Shown one piece after another: positions 12,743 to 26,688 of a stretch of 64,000 bases of DNA. Position 1 is the first letter of the stretch, and each line of letters starts with the position of its first letter. The stretch covers positions 2,852,001-2,916,000 of the forward strand of contig CM120642.1 in the NCBI GenBank assembly GCA_051362555.1, given 5' to 3'. The position numbers and the translations under genes were made by a program. This DNA is from Lingula anatina. Its lineage: Eukaryota; Animalia; Brachiopoda. The notes under the pieces are model-generated. The model searched no databases. It saw nothing but the letters and a program-made list of their open reading frames with translations, and was not told where the DNA came from.

Positions 12743-14727
12743 CATGGGCGTAACTAGGCATACGCACGGATGCACTGTGCGTACAATTTTTTTAGCCAAT
12801 CATGATATTATTCTCTATAAATTTAGTGTATTTTTCACGAAAAATAATCGAAAATCCTCTTCGATTGCAAGTTAGAGTCACCTGAATGTACAAATCTTCT
12901 GTATGAATCGTATACGCACCATTGTTCTGACGCCCCCCGTCTCGTTTGCTTTCACAGAACTGAGGTAAATAAACAATACTAGCTACCTCCAGAAGTCCTA
13001 TCTTCCTTTGCCTCTTAATTGGAGGCATTCAGCCCTTCAACTCTCAGGTAGCCTTTGTCTTAAGTGTGTCGAATGCACACTCGCTGGCGAGATTTATCTC
13101 AGATAAAAATCTACCTGTGTTATTTTCAAAGAGCAGCTCCAGCAGACCTGGGGACACTAGATAAAATCTGGACAACGGGCTTTATCAGGAGCCAGAGAAA
13201 CAAAAAAATATTTCCTGCAAAGCTCTAAAGAATTTTGACACGGACTTGACCCAGCTTAACCCTCTAAACTAACAGGGTGATATGGGCAATTTTCACAAAC
13301 AAACAGAGCTTTATCCTGTAATATAATTGTTTGATTTTGGATGATACCATATATAAGTTCAACTTTTAGAAGATTCATCATTAAGCTGACCATGCAGGGC
13401 CGTAGCCTGAGCAAAATGCCAGGGGGGGGGGGGAGGGGGCAGTAAGCGGACACGAGGGGGCGAAGCCCCCTAGGGGGGAGGGGGTGCCCCCCTCCCACGG
13501 TGTGGAAAATTTTTAAAAACTGTATGTATAATACTGCATTCTGGTGCATTTTAAATGTTATTTATTAGTCAATCAGAAGTCAGAAATTGTGGGTTCATTT
13601 TGCCATAAGTACAGTCATTTTTTTCACACAACACGGAGGGTGAGCTTTTTGGCATAAACTGAGTTGTACACAGTACACCTTTGTAAACAGATTGTTGAAT
13701 GATTGTATAGTGGCCATGAGTGCCTTTTCTCACAGAATTGATACAAACTTTGCAATTATTTTTTTTACCTTTGCGATCATTTTTTTGCACCCCAATTTCC
13801 AGGGGGGGGGGGGGCAGCTGCCCCCCCTGCCCCCCGGAGGCTACGGCCCTGCCATGGATAGCAAGAAGGTGTAAGAATCCTACAACGATCAACTGTTCTT
13901 AAGATTATTTTCTGACAACTCGGGATAACCGCAACAAACCACATCGAACAAAGGTGCCTCACCGTTATTTAGAATTTAGCTTGATACAAGCGGGCATAAT
14001 TTGCATATGTTTTCAAAGTTTGTGTCAGTAAGCCCCTAGTTCAATAAATATACCATTCTAAGCAAGGCTTTTTTCAGCGAGCCCTCCAGCTGCCAATTGA
14101 ATGGCCGCTGTCATCACTGGACGAGATGAGAAGCCAATTTTCGTATCTTCAGAAGGAGATCGAGCATGATCTGAGCGAAAAGAGAAAGCAATTTTCTCAA
14201 TCGTTCAATGGACTTCGTTCGCAGAAGATCATCAGCCAGAGATCGTTCGCGATCCGAGCGAGACGAGAAGGCAATTTTTATATTCATACAAGGGCGTTCT
14301 TTCGTGGAAGAGCGTGACGGGAGATCGGTATCAATTATTTTTAACCCACTTTCCCAATGAAATTTATTATTAAAAAAAGATTCCATTAATTTTTACACCA
14401 CCCCCACCCCCGCTCACGGCTTTTGGAAAAGTTTGAGGCCCTGAAATTTTGAAGTAAGATACAGATGGCAATTATGTATGGCCTGTACCCCAATCCCGGA
14501 AAAAGCGTTGGTTCTGGGTGAAATAATTTACTGGAACTTAATTATATTGAGGGAATATTTTAAACTTTAAGTAATGATTTTATAAACGGTGAAAACTAAG
14601 CTATTATATTTGGCACATATAATTTAAACTGCCCTTCATCTTTTGCGTAAGTCGATCTACATTTAGCTATACCTGGGAATTTTAAAATTCTGTGCGTACA
14701 ATTTTAAAAGGTCTGGTTACGCCCCTG
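12743..14727. mobile_element. Non-autonomous DNA transposon with 15-bp TIRs and 5-bp TSD (hAT-like termini)
   Basis: Left end CATGGGCGTAACTAG; right end CTGGTTACGCCCCTG (reverse complement CAGGGGCGTAACCAG). ACCAG is duplicated at 12738-12742 and 14728-14732. Subterminal TGTGCGTACAATTTT occurs near both ends. No transposase ORF. Confidence 0.8.
13395..13851. mobile_element. MITE nested inside the 12743-14727 element
   Basis: Perfect 14-bp TIR CAGGGCCGTAGCCT/AGGCTACGGCCCTG. CCATG is duplicated at 13390-13394 and 13852-13856. G/C-run subterminal regions. Confidence 0.88.
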
Positions 14728-16925
14728 ACCAGTCCGAATGGCCAATAAGTTGAAAAGTTAATTGCACAGATTGACCATAGTCATAGATATTGACTACATT
14801 ATGCCATGAATATTTCACAACATGGTCAAGAAATCAAATATGCATCATGTTACTGGTGTGACATAACATCTGGAATCACATGTAACATTACCACCGAAGT
14901 GTCACATCGCTATTCAATTATTGATCTAAGCTTTAGGCTCTACTTACAATACCACTTTGCACCCATGACATTTTGAAGGTACACTACAATTCCAGTAATA
15001 TTTTTTGGTCTCATATGACATCACCCAGTGACCGGCAGCATTTCTAAAGACTCTCTTGGATGATTAGGGTCTGTTGGAGGAAAAAATGTAAGTCAGAAGG
15101 TTCGACACAAATTCTAATGAAAATTCCAAGACGAACAGTTATCTAAGGGCAAAAGAATGGACTACAATTCCAAATGAATCCAACTCCCTTTTACGTTTTC
15201 CAAACGAAAAAATATTTTGTATTATCCTTCAGTAATTTTGTCTTTTTCCAGAGTGGCTGACTGCACGTGCTCTTGGAGTGCCGCCCTCTAGCTGACTACT
15301 TTGCAGATTTGCCTGCTTAATTTTCTACACAATCGATACACTTTATAAATTTAAAAGAAGCAAATTTTCCCAGTAGTCCCTGGGTTGTAGCATTTTAAAT
15401 GATTCAGTACACTACAAGAGAGCCTAACGGTGTATTAGCAGTCAAGGTTTCTAAACATCACTATTCAGTTTCAATGGATATTACATTCATCATTCACCTT
15501 GCAACTGGTAATGTATTTAGGACTCAAATAAAAGGACAGAAATGTCAGCCTACTAGTCATTGTTATATTTCTGTTCTTTAGAATTTTGCAATCCGTTTTA
15601 CAAGTGTTTGCTTCTGAATGAACATAATGAACTAAAAATGGGCTTGGAGACATAAAATGGACCTTTTACACAAAATAACACTCCACCAGGTGCTGAGAAA
15701 TTCAAAATAAATGGAAATCTAGACAGATTGTTAAATTTCATCAATACAAGCAATGGGTTAACTAAAGTCATGCCATCTTAAAAATGACTTAAAAGATGCT
15801 AAAGATTTAAACCTTAATAAATGTTTGTACATAGAATATATGTGCTATAATTTACACTGATACCATACTGGCAAGTGAAATTTTATGAAAAGATCATACT
15901 GAAAGTCATCATCTTACAGGTCATGTTAGTTCTAGACTTCTCAGTTGAATGGTAAGACCAATACAAAAGAATCATAACCTATCAGATAATTGCAGAAGCA
16001 AAAATATATGACAGCTTTAATATAGATCGATGATGGAAAGGCTTTTATTGCCATACCAAATAGGAGAAGCAAGCAAATCCATGTGATGAGTGCAAACCTT
16101 CAATTATAAACAAGATGTGTTGAAATTAACTAGACCTGCAATTCTGAAAACCATTCTCTTTATGTCATCCTGAATAAGGTGATGTATTATTTTTTTTTTT
16201 TAACTGATAGGTGACAAACATGCCACTAAGCTAATTATATAATCAAACCCATTAAATAACCTGATTTTCTCATTACAAATGCATACAAGATATGCAAGAT
16301 ATGCAATTTGTGCGGAAATGCATTTTATTGTAATGATAATGATCTTCAGTTACTTCAGTAACAAAAACTTATAATGTTCTGTGCCCCAAAAACTGTTCAT
16401 ATTCTACTTGTTGACTATGGATTACAAGGATTTTAGACAGTAAATCATCCATCCAAGCCTTAGACAAAATACTGTCTGAAATCATTGCCTTTCCTTTAAA
16501 ATCCCCAAGTGGCAAAAATTTAACTGAGCCCAGAGTAACAGAAGAATGAACTAAGACAAGTACTCTGAAATGTCAAAATATGATTGCCTAACATGTTTTG
16601 GGAATAGACGTATCAATTCCTCTTGTCTGACCTACTCCAGAAATCAGATAATCAACTGAAGGACTGAGTTTATCGTTTACTTAATATCCCCTTGAATGTT
16701 ATAAAGCCTAAAGGGACAGTGTAGATTTTTATTTTCTCTTGAATTATTCATTGAATGCCTGTGCTGATATCAAAAGGCATGATATGTCCTTTTAAATTGA
16801 TATGAATCAAATTACATTAATATATAATAAATATATCAAGATATCACATACCAACTAACATTTTTTTCCTGGAGTTTGTTCCAGTATCACATATAGAATA
16901 CAATACACAGAATATATTAAAGTAA

Positions 16926-17482
16926 GGCCGCATTCTCAACGAATTGAGCCAGGCTTTACAAATCCTGAGAACTAAAAATGGCGGACGTACATGAAAGAAA
17001 AACTGCCTAATCTTTTAATAGTCTCTCCGCCTCTCACACGCCTACCCACACGTCGTCCCTGCGGGGTACAGTAATTAAATCTCGGCTCCGAACATGAATA
17101 TCTCCGTGAATATCTCTGGTGATATTATCTCCGTAGATAGTCGATTTATTGCTGCTCTACGGGCAAATTCATTCCTTTTTCGTCTCTGTTTTGAAAGATA
17201 ATAGAACAGAAGAGCTTTTTTCCTTCGATCGCCTTCAGCCGCCATGCTTTCTTCACCACGAGTTTAACTGAAGAGCATGCGCACTTAATATTTCTCAGGT
17301 AGCTTCCGCATGGCGAACGGAGCCGAGATTTAATTACTGTACCCCGCAGGGACAACGTGTGGGGAGGCGTGTGAGAGGAGGAGAGACTATTAAAAGATTA
17401 GGCGGTTTTTCTTTTATGTACGTCCGCCATTTTTAGTTCTCAGGATTTGTAAAGCCTGGCTCAATTCATTGAGAATGCGGTC
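16926..17482. mobile_element. Long-TIR MITE (~165-bp arms), TAA TSD
   Basis: GGCCGCATTCTCAA...TTGAGAATGCGGTC with TAA on both sides. Arms are highly complementary. Confidence 0.85.
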
Positions 17483-18212
17483 TAAGACTGTTTTTAAATA
17501 TAAGGTATATCTATATCTAAATTTTTCTAATCTGTGTGCACTCTGTGCAAATCATGTTAGAAGCTGTTGACATATTTTCTTTTTAAGGCATGATCTTTAT
17601 TTTTTTTATTTCATTTACTAATTATATTACCTATCCATTTTTATTAATTTATTCATCTATTTATTTATCACTTTGCTGTTCAAAATTAAATTTAATCAAA
17701 CCAAAAACAAAAATCCCTCCTTATTACAGTGCTACATACATAAGTATTTAATTTTTTTAAAGCAAAATGATAATATGCCTCACTTTGCAATAATTATAAA
17801 TACTTAATAATTCATTTTGTTTAAATTCACTTTATGGCTGGACCTGTGTGGCTTTTATCTCTATTCCATCTCCTTTAGCTCATATCAATTTTTAATTTTA
17901 TTAATTATTATCATTTGAGGAAAAAAATCAATGCCTAAGTAGACATACAGTATGCAAACAAGACAATAAAACACCCCCGGGCTTGCCTAGAGGGAATAAC
18001 GCAGTCGGCTTATATGCTGCAAGACCAAGGCGAGTTATTTTTCATTAGCACATATTAATAATAAAAGATGTCAAAGGACACCAGGTAATGAACGTGGCGA
18101 CATGTTATTGTCATTTGTCTGTGTCACTTAGCGTAATGTCACCAGCATTTCAAGCATTTTACAAGATATATGCACGCGTTCAACTATAAGAGCAAAATGG
18201 ACTCTCTCTCAC

Positions 18213-18313
18213 CTGTCATCATCAGAGAGGGCATGGTCTCCCCAAATCAGATCTCTAAACCTGTATCTAGGCGGCAAGGGCGGGACAGTCCGCGAAAACA
18301 CGTCGCTTTCCAT
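18213..18313 (-). CDS. KCNT: Slo2/KCNT-family sodium-activated potassium channel, first coding exon
   Basis: Minus strand reads ATG(18313) MESDVFSRTVPPLPPRYRFRDLIWGDHALSDDD+AG|gtgag. VPPLPPRYRFRDL matches the N-terminus of vertebrate KCNT2 (Slick)/Slack-A. The 101-nt exon ends in phase 2 and joins exon 5453-5532 in frame. Confidence 0.93.
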
Positions 18314-18693
18314 TGCTGCAGGAATTGAAATCTGCTACTTCACAACATCTGGCCTCACTTTCAGTAAATGGCTGGTTAATAATAATTTCAAGATCGGCTG
18401 TCGAAAAGAGTGTGAGGATCTTCATATTTCTTGACTCTTTACTTAAATTGGATGTACGTAACATTTTACTTGTGTTGTTAACGTGATAATTATGATATTT
18501 TGTTGTGCTGGGCTATAGCGTCCCAATAACAATCCTTGATCATGATAATTCTTGACTTTGGTGGTGCTTTAAAGATGGCTGCGCCCACGTAGACGATTTT
18601 TGGTTTTTCTGCAGTGCCGGAGAATGAAATATCAAATTGTATATACACAAGGTAACTAACAGAGGTTCGATTGTTATGACAGGGAAGTAGCAG
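18314..18693. promoter_or_regulatory. Putative bidirectional promoter and 5'UTR region shared by KCNT (minus) and FAM20B (plus)
   Basis: KCNT ATG at 18313. Plus-strand donor sites AAG|GTAACT (18651/2) and CAG|GTGAGC (18693/4) can serve the FAM20B acceptor at 20602/3. YY1-like AAGATGGC at about 18572 and more CpG than the flanking introns. Confidence 0.6.
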
Positions 18694-19122
18694 GTGAGCA
18701 TGTAAAACATGTATGTGTGCCTTTTTACAAGTGGCACTGATGTGAATGCAAAACTTAAAATACTATTTCCATATATACATTTACCGCAGATTATCATTAA
18801 GGCCACACAGCCTAGCTACTGGCAACACTGAGGCAAATTCATTACTGACAGGAAATAGGTTACGAGAGATTTTGCAAGTAAGAGGATTGAAATTTTATGA
18901 AAATGAATTATTTGAATAGACAGACTGTCTACAAAGACGTACGCTGCAGTGTCACCTAAAGTTGAACACATATTTGATTTGAATAATTTCTACCTCTGGG
19001 AATCAGGGGGCTTTCACTGATATTAAAACAATATGGGGTGTATGTGTCGATTTTATAAAATTCGTTTTAGATACTTTAACAGTTTTGATCGTTTTTTGCA
19101 CTATGGTCAACTATTGTGATCT

Positions 19123-19125
<3 letters not shown>

Positions 19126-19196
<71 letters not shown>
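19126..19196. repeat. (TA)n followed by poly-T
   Basis: Directly visible. Confidence 0.95.
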
Positions 19197-19197
<1 letters not shown>

Positions 19198-20706
19198 GAT
19201 CCATCGACAGATCATAGTGTACTAGGTTCTTGCTGGACTGAATACTGGTCTGAACAGTAGGGGTCTTTACACCATCGCATCTTAACACCTCCTCATTACC
19301 TCTCCTAGCAAAATTATCATGTTACCTGCATCTTTTATCCTGCACCATTTGAATGATATTCTGTAAAGTATGTCATTTTTAGTTACCAGTATTTACAGTA
19401 AGACTTTTATATTAAAAATTGATATATGTCACATATTTAGTAGTTAGGCTAAAGTATCGTTGTTGGGTAGTAAAGGGAGTATTGGTACTGGGAAGTTAAA
19501 TTAGATAAGAAAATAAAAGGAAATGTTATCACCATTTGGTTTAAATTTGGTTTAAAATTTAAAGTTTACCCTAAAGTTCTCAACCTTGTTTACAATTTGT
19601 GCTGAAACTTAAGTTTCCCCATGTGTCATGTTCTAAGATCTAATGATACTAATGACTACTCCCAAGTACTGCTCAAGAAGACTAGTGAAAAACACTACAT
19701 GTACATCATTAACATTAATGACTCTCTCTCCTTATACTTTCACTTTTCTCTGATTATACCCTATGGCTATGATGCCTACTGCAGAGATAATAGTGTCTAC
19801 GTAGAAAGGTCAAAGAGTCAGTGACCAATTCTGCAGACGACAAAAATCCGTCAAGGCAGAATCCTGCTTCTATGGCTAAGGTGGCAATTTGCCATCATAT
19901 AAGCAGCGTTGGACACACTAAATTGGCCAGCAACACTACATTAGAATGTCATTTTTACTTATAGTTAGGCACATATCGCAAGCAACAATCTAACACAATC
20001 TCCAAATTGGCGTTTTTGCACTAAAACTCTGCACCAGACAGATGTGTGTTACCACTCATTAAAATATTCACAACTATTAATGATATTAATTGGTTTATCT
20101 TAATGAGTTTCAGATGTAAAGGCATTTGCGCCAGTATATGTACAGATGTGCTGCTGACTCTGGCCAGATATAGTCTGATTAAAGTGTGGGAGAGCACAGC
20201 TGTTGTTGTGTGGTCGTATTATCATGTTACATTTATATTATGATCAACAGAGACTTGAACACAAATATGGAGTGTTCCCAGGTGAGAAAATTGAACTTCT
20301 GCATTTAGCTTAGACATTCATAGATATGTGACTTGGTCAAATTTTTCATATCACTTTTTTTCTGTATTTAAAAATGTTGTTTTTGTGAGAAAGTTGAAGT
20401 GTATATTAATGTGTACTTTTTTTAAATGTCAGTGTTAAAAAGAATGCTTCATCTTTTTAGTATAGTATCTGTTTTTCTGTCAGACATATATGTAATTACT
20501 TTATCAGTATATTTGCATGTACAGCAATACTTGTACAGAGTAGATAAAATCAACTGCAGACACATGTTGAATCAATAATTTCATTTCTTACTGACATTTC
20601 AGGAGATGTTTCCTTTCTCAGTGAAAGATAAAGTTGGCTGATACAATGTTTGTAAACACTGCATACACAAGGTCACCTTTTCAAAGCACTGAGACCAGAC
20701 ATAAAA

Positions 20707-21623
20707 ATGCCAGTCAAGATGAAACTGAGAGTAAGGATTTTCCTTGTGTTGACTGTAGCCTTTCTGTTTGTAGTCTCCTTCAAGATTTTAGAACCAGAAC
20801 TCAAGGACCATGGTCTCCATAGAGAGACCAGGGATTTTCAGGACTACTATGACTTTGCAGAAGATGGCAGAGTCAGTAAAGACAAATATGGAAAAGAGCT
20901 TGATCCAATACAACATATAACAAGTGGCTCAATAAGACAGAATTCTCTTGTAGAAAAGCACAGCAAGTCTGAACTGATTGCAGAACTTATTAAAAAATAT
21001 AAAGTGAACTTGAATCATAAGATAAAAGGTTCCCCATGGGAAATTGCTGCAAGCTGGGTGACGTCAAGGAGAATACACCCTGAGGAAGCCCCAGAAATGG
21101 GTAAGTTCTTCTAAATTTAGCTCTCAGATTAAAATTGACACCACTTAAGGTGTTGGTCTAGAGCTAAATGTTCAAGATCCTGGTAATTTTCCAGGCAAGT
21201 ACACATTGCAATTCTGATTGTGGTAGAGAAGATCTAGATGGTGCTGTGCAGTGGATGTGAATTGTTTCATGCTTCATGCATGAATTGCTTCATATTTTTA
21301 TTTATGCTCAGCAGGAAAAAAAATTTGGTGCAAAAAACAATGTCTTAAATGGACTCCTTTTTTTTACAAAAAAGCAGTAGATTATCCAGCAAAATCTTAC
21401 AATGTCTTTAATGAATTTACTTGCTTTTTTATTTTTTTTTTTTTTATTATTATTTTTCTTACGAAACAACAGTAGATGGCATTGTTAACCAGTTTATTTA
21501 CAAGGAGCATGCAGTTATTAACAGATAATATTATGATCTCAATTACCTTTAATAGAGTTATAGACTTAGTGTTTTTGAAAAACAATAAAAGTTGATGGTG
21601 AAAAACATGTCTATGTTTGAACA

Positions 21624-21659
<36 letters not shown>

Positions 21660-23645
21660 ATTTTCATTACAACCAAGATGTGAGGTGTACATGGACCCTC
21701 TGCTATGCACTTACATTAAAATTAAAAAAAAAATGGTATCATATGAAATATTCTTCAGAGGTGTGATAAAAGCAAAGCATATGTGTTCTACTCACTTTTC
21801 TCCATCATCACTTAGATATGTTTCAACAGACTTCTGTCTTAGGACTGCAAAGATGTCCCTTGGTCTCTCAGCGTCTGGTTCACTATTTCCTCTCTCAAAT
21901 ACCATTGTGTCCCCTATCCATTTGTTGGTGTAGAACTCTCAGCAACTTTCTGGAAATATATATATATATATACATATATGTATAAAAGAATAAGTGATAG
22001 GCTTGAGGTTAGAAACTTACACATAACCACTTGGATTTTATTTTTACTACTGGTGAATTATATATGTATTTAATATATGGTAAATATGATTGAGAAGTGT
22101 CATCATTAAATAGTTGTTTAGGTGTAGAAACAGTGGGTGAAAGTTTTCAGGATTATGCCGGATTTCAGTATTTTCGGTCTTCATTTTAATTTTTTTTTTC
22201 ATGTGGCCTAAATTTGATTAGAAATTGCATGCACCATTTACAAGGATTTCAGTTATATAACTTCCAACAAGAAAGAACACCTAGGTTTGTACTGTTTTAT
22301 GATTCAAGTGAAATGTCAGTGGATATTGACAGCCTGATGTTATTAGAAAGCATATAAAGTTGATTTAGGCTTAGAAAACTGTGACGGAAAATTAAGCATT
22401 TGAATTGTATAGAGAAAAGGGGTTCTCAAACCTAGTGTTATTCAGATTCCATTGCTCTTATGCAGGGGCCATTAAGAATAGATTATCCGAGTACTAACTG
22501 ATCTTCCAACTAAATATGGCTGACCACACTTCAAAGGCGATGCCGCTGATTCCCAATAAGCTCCCTGCCTCCACATGTGCCATTAAACTGATTAAATCTC
22601 GGCTCCTAGGTTTAATTGCTAGCCCCCTGCAGCGACGACGTGTGTGGAGGTGGGGAGACCAAAGAATTAGTGGCATTACTTTTTAAGCATGGTCAGCCAT
22701 ATTTAGTCGGAGGATTAGTTAGTACTCTGATCATCTATTCTGAATGGCCCTTCAGTTCACATTCATGTTACCTATGCAATGAATTATGGCCAGCAGCTTG
22801 ATTTATGATTTCACCTAATGTCACTATTAGATATTAGTAACCTGGATGAGATTCACCGACGCTGGCCATCTAATTTAAGGTTATAAACAGTCTTCTTAGA
22901 GAAATGCTCTCTATATAGCTATCCCTCAAAATAATTCTGAAATAATGGATGGAATTATTATAGGAACAAATTTATATATATATATATATGTGCTGTTTAT
23001 GGATTTTCTTTCTGATTCACTGTCAAAGATAGATAACCTATAAAGGGACTTGAGACACGAGTGCAAAATGTTGATATTAATATTGAAATTTGTCCCCTGG
23101 TAAATATAAATAAACCTACCAATTTCCCAATAATCTCCTGCTTTGCACTAGTGAAGCTTATTAACTTTCTCAGTATGATTAATATAGAAATACCTTGATA
23201 TTTCTGAATATCAGCATTCTGAACCCATACAAATGATTTTAACATGAAGTACTAGAATTGCAGGCTGGTTGAAAACATTTGTGCGTGACAGTAACTCAGT
23301 GTTAATGGGGGTCAAAGGAGCACAGAGCTTCATTTCCTGTATGTTTAAAGCACTAAATTGACTCTGCTCAAACCAAACAGAGTTTTGTGCATATGCATTG
23401 GATATATATTCTTCACTTGCCACATATTGCACTGCTTTTGACAACATACATATATAGAGAGTAAAGCACTGTTCATACAGTAAACTCAAATCCCATTTTT
23501 TTAATGCTAGTTTAATTAACATGGCAATTAAGTAATATTTAAAACACTATTCCAAACACTCAAGTTGAAGACAGTTCATATACTCTGTAGGGTTTTGGGG
23601 ATAAATTTATTTATTATTATTTTTTTTTATTTATTTGTTTATTTG

Positions 23646-23691
<46 letters not shown>

Positions 23692-26620
23692 AAAAAAATA
23701 ACATGTTTTATTGAGTGGAGCCCTGTTCAGGGTTGGACCTCATCCTTACAGCTTGATTGTATCAGATCCCAAATGGCCAGTGCTTTACATGCCGTGCCAT
23801 GTTGCGTTGCCACAGTGGGCCATATATAGCTAGTAGTGAACACCCCGGTGATTGATTTTAAAGGGTTGGTGTGCAGTGGACATTATCAAGGGAATGCCAG
23901 TAAACTATCAACAGTTAACTATTAAGCAGACACTGAAAAAAGGTTGTGACTAATATGCTGGTAGGAGTCTGCCTGCCTGTACTACTAAGGGTGCATTCCC
24001 AGATATTTAGATTGATCCAGAGATTTAGATTGACCTAACTCCCTGGGGGTTCATGCTAAATTGCAGTCAGCTGAGCGCTCACCATAGTTAATTACCCCCT
24101 TACAGCTTTTAATAGACAGGGATAGATCAGGCTAAAATCTATGGGAATGGGGTCTAAGTGATGGTGAATACAAGATAACAACAAAACTTTCTAGTACATT
24201 TAAATACTCCTAAATTTGTGTTATGAGGTTTCGCCATGTTTTACACGAGTATTGTTTTTCTTGACAGGAACATGGCTTTATCATATATGTTTCTTGGGCC
24301 ACGTTCAGACTCAAACACAGCACCAGCTGGATTGATCTAACTCTGCAGAAGATTCTTGTCAAAGTGCATTCAGTGTAATCAGCTTAATTGTCTAGCATGC
24401 CTCCTTTGGTAGCTAATTAATTAGTTGATTACCTACTAACCTCTCAAGGAGGCATGTCAGACATGTTAGCTAGCCGAGTACAGTGATTGCACTTAAGGAG
24501 AATCTCCCACAGAGACGGATGGATCCTGCTGCTACGATGTGCACTCCCTATAAAGATTTGGATCATGACACTATAAAGATATTTCATTATTTTTACTTTC
24601 ATTTCCCATTTGATTTAAATGGAAGGGAAATTATTACTAAAATATGTATTAACTCTCAGAAACAAAAAAGGGAGATTATTGAATAATACAGTACCAAATA
24701 TAGTGCATATGTCTGTTATGGAGTATCAATGAAATAGACTGGTAGAGATGATTTAATTTGGTGTTTTAATAATTCAAAGAGCAAGCTGGAATTGGTGAAG
24801 CTGATGCGCATGGGGCCACTTGAATTACCTTGGTCCATTTACAAGCAGATCTAGTGTGTGACATGAGGCACAGTATGCTTGAATTTACCCACTTCTGAGG
24901 AGATAAAGGTCCTTTTAACTATACTTTGGCCATGGGGTCTTCTAGTACTGCGCAGCAACGCCGCGCATTAATGTCTTTTTGTTGTTGTTGTTGTTGTGCA
25001 TTGCGTCACCAGCTGGTGCTGGCAATCTAGCAATACAAATTGGTTTTATCTTAAAGCAAGTTGCTGCTGCAACAAAGTTTGCATGGTTGCTTATCAGTTT
25101 GTCCTCATCTATGTCTGCCATGTGTGCTAAAGACCACGTGTAGAAGATATGAACTATGAACACACTTCATCTGTGAAGAAAATTGTAAAATTAAGCAAAA
25201 AAAAATAGGGGTCTCAAGTAAATGAATCCGAATTTCAAATCACCATTGCAACAAAACTAACTTGAGTACCTTTCAAATTTTAAATCTTAATATGGATGTC
25301 AACTGTGCATGTAAAAAAATTAAGAAAATCTATCAGAGAGAAATATCAAGAGGACATAACTTTAAGTTGATTAAATAATTGTCAATGTTAAGTGTGAATA
25401 CTCTCCTCAGGTGATTCTTTTACAGGCTACTTGAAAGTTGTCAACATGTACCAGTGTAGAAAGTATGGTTAAAATATGCCCCTTAAATGATACTTTAACG
25501 TTTGATGTAGAAATTAAGGGCCTTATGGTAATTACTTGTGGAGGGGGAAAACGTTCATTATACCAAGAAGTTATAAGAGACTTTATAACTTCTTGATTAT
25601 ACAAATACTGTATTTTGCAAGTCATAATTTCTTAAAATTAGAACATTCCTATTGAATGGTAGCAACAAATTAAAAAGCAGGCTACTCTACAGTTCTATCT
25701 TATGCAGTAAAAGTACCTCAAATGCTGTATGGAAATATAATATTATTGATTATAAAATTATGTATCTGAGAGTTTGGTAATTTTTTCCCCATTGAAAAGA
25801 TTGAGTAATTGCCGTAGTTTGTACTGAGCTTTATTTCATTTCCAGTTTGGCAGTCCACATTTGATATCTGTCTCTTTGATGCAATACTACTGAATTTTAG
25901 GTACCTCATTAATAATATTCCATATTTAATTTTTCCAAATACTTTTTAATTTTTGTTTTAGTTTATACTCACAAAAATGCCTTTTTACATAAACCCAGCT
26001 TAGGCTTTTCACAACTTTTCCCAAGTATTATTGAAAAAATACTTACTTTGTTAAAATTGTAGAGAAATTTCCATAGTCATTCACGTGGAAGAAAATTTCT
26101 GACTTCTGCAGCAAGGATATAATAACTTTTGGAAGATCAGCCAGAATGGGCTCCATGCAGCATTGATGAATACAGTTAGAGTTGATTGCATATTGATTGT
26201 ACCCCGCTATGAACTCTTTCTTGTCTAGCTACATATTTACATAAAAAGGTGATAATGCATAATATAAGATGAACTTGTAATTTCTATTGTGTTTTGTTAA
26301 GTGTTTACAATACGTATTAAATTAATTAGTTCAAGACAGGCAACCTATGGCTGATCATTGTAGACTGCAATTAACCAGATAGCCCCAAAGCATATCATTG
26401 AGACAACAGCAATAGGTTGCTTTTGTGTTTAAGAGGAAGTTCTTCACAAAAAAATGAATTAATTATATGGTTTTATGATATGCAGATCTTCTTAACTAAT
26501 CATATTGAAGCAATAACCTCCGAATAAACACAGATATGTGCATGCACGCACGTGCATACATACACACACACACACACTTATATGAAAGCAATAATCAATC
26601 TGTGTAAAACATCTCTGAGT

Positions 26621-26688
<68 letters not shown>

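Noticed and set aside
12792-14386. Short ORFs inside the TIR element as possible transposase
   Set aside because: No recognisable transposase motifs. The ORFs arise from higher GC content and G/C runs.
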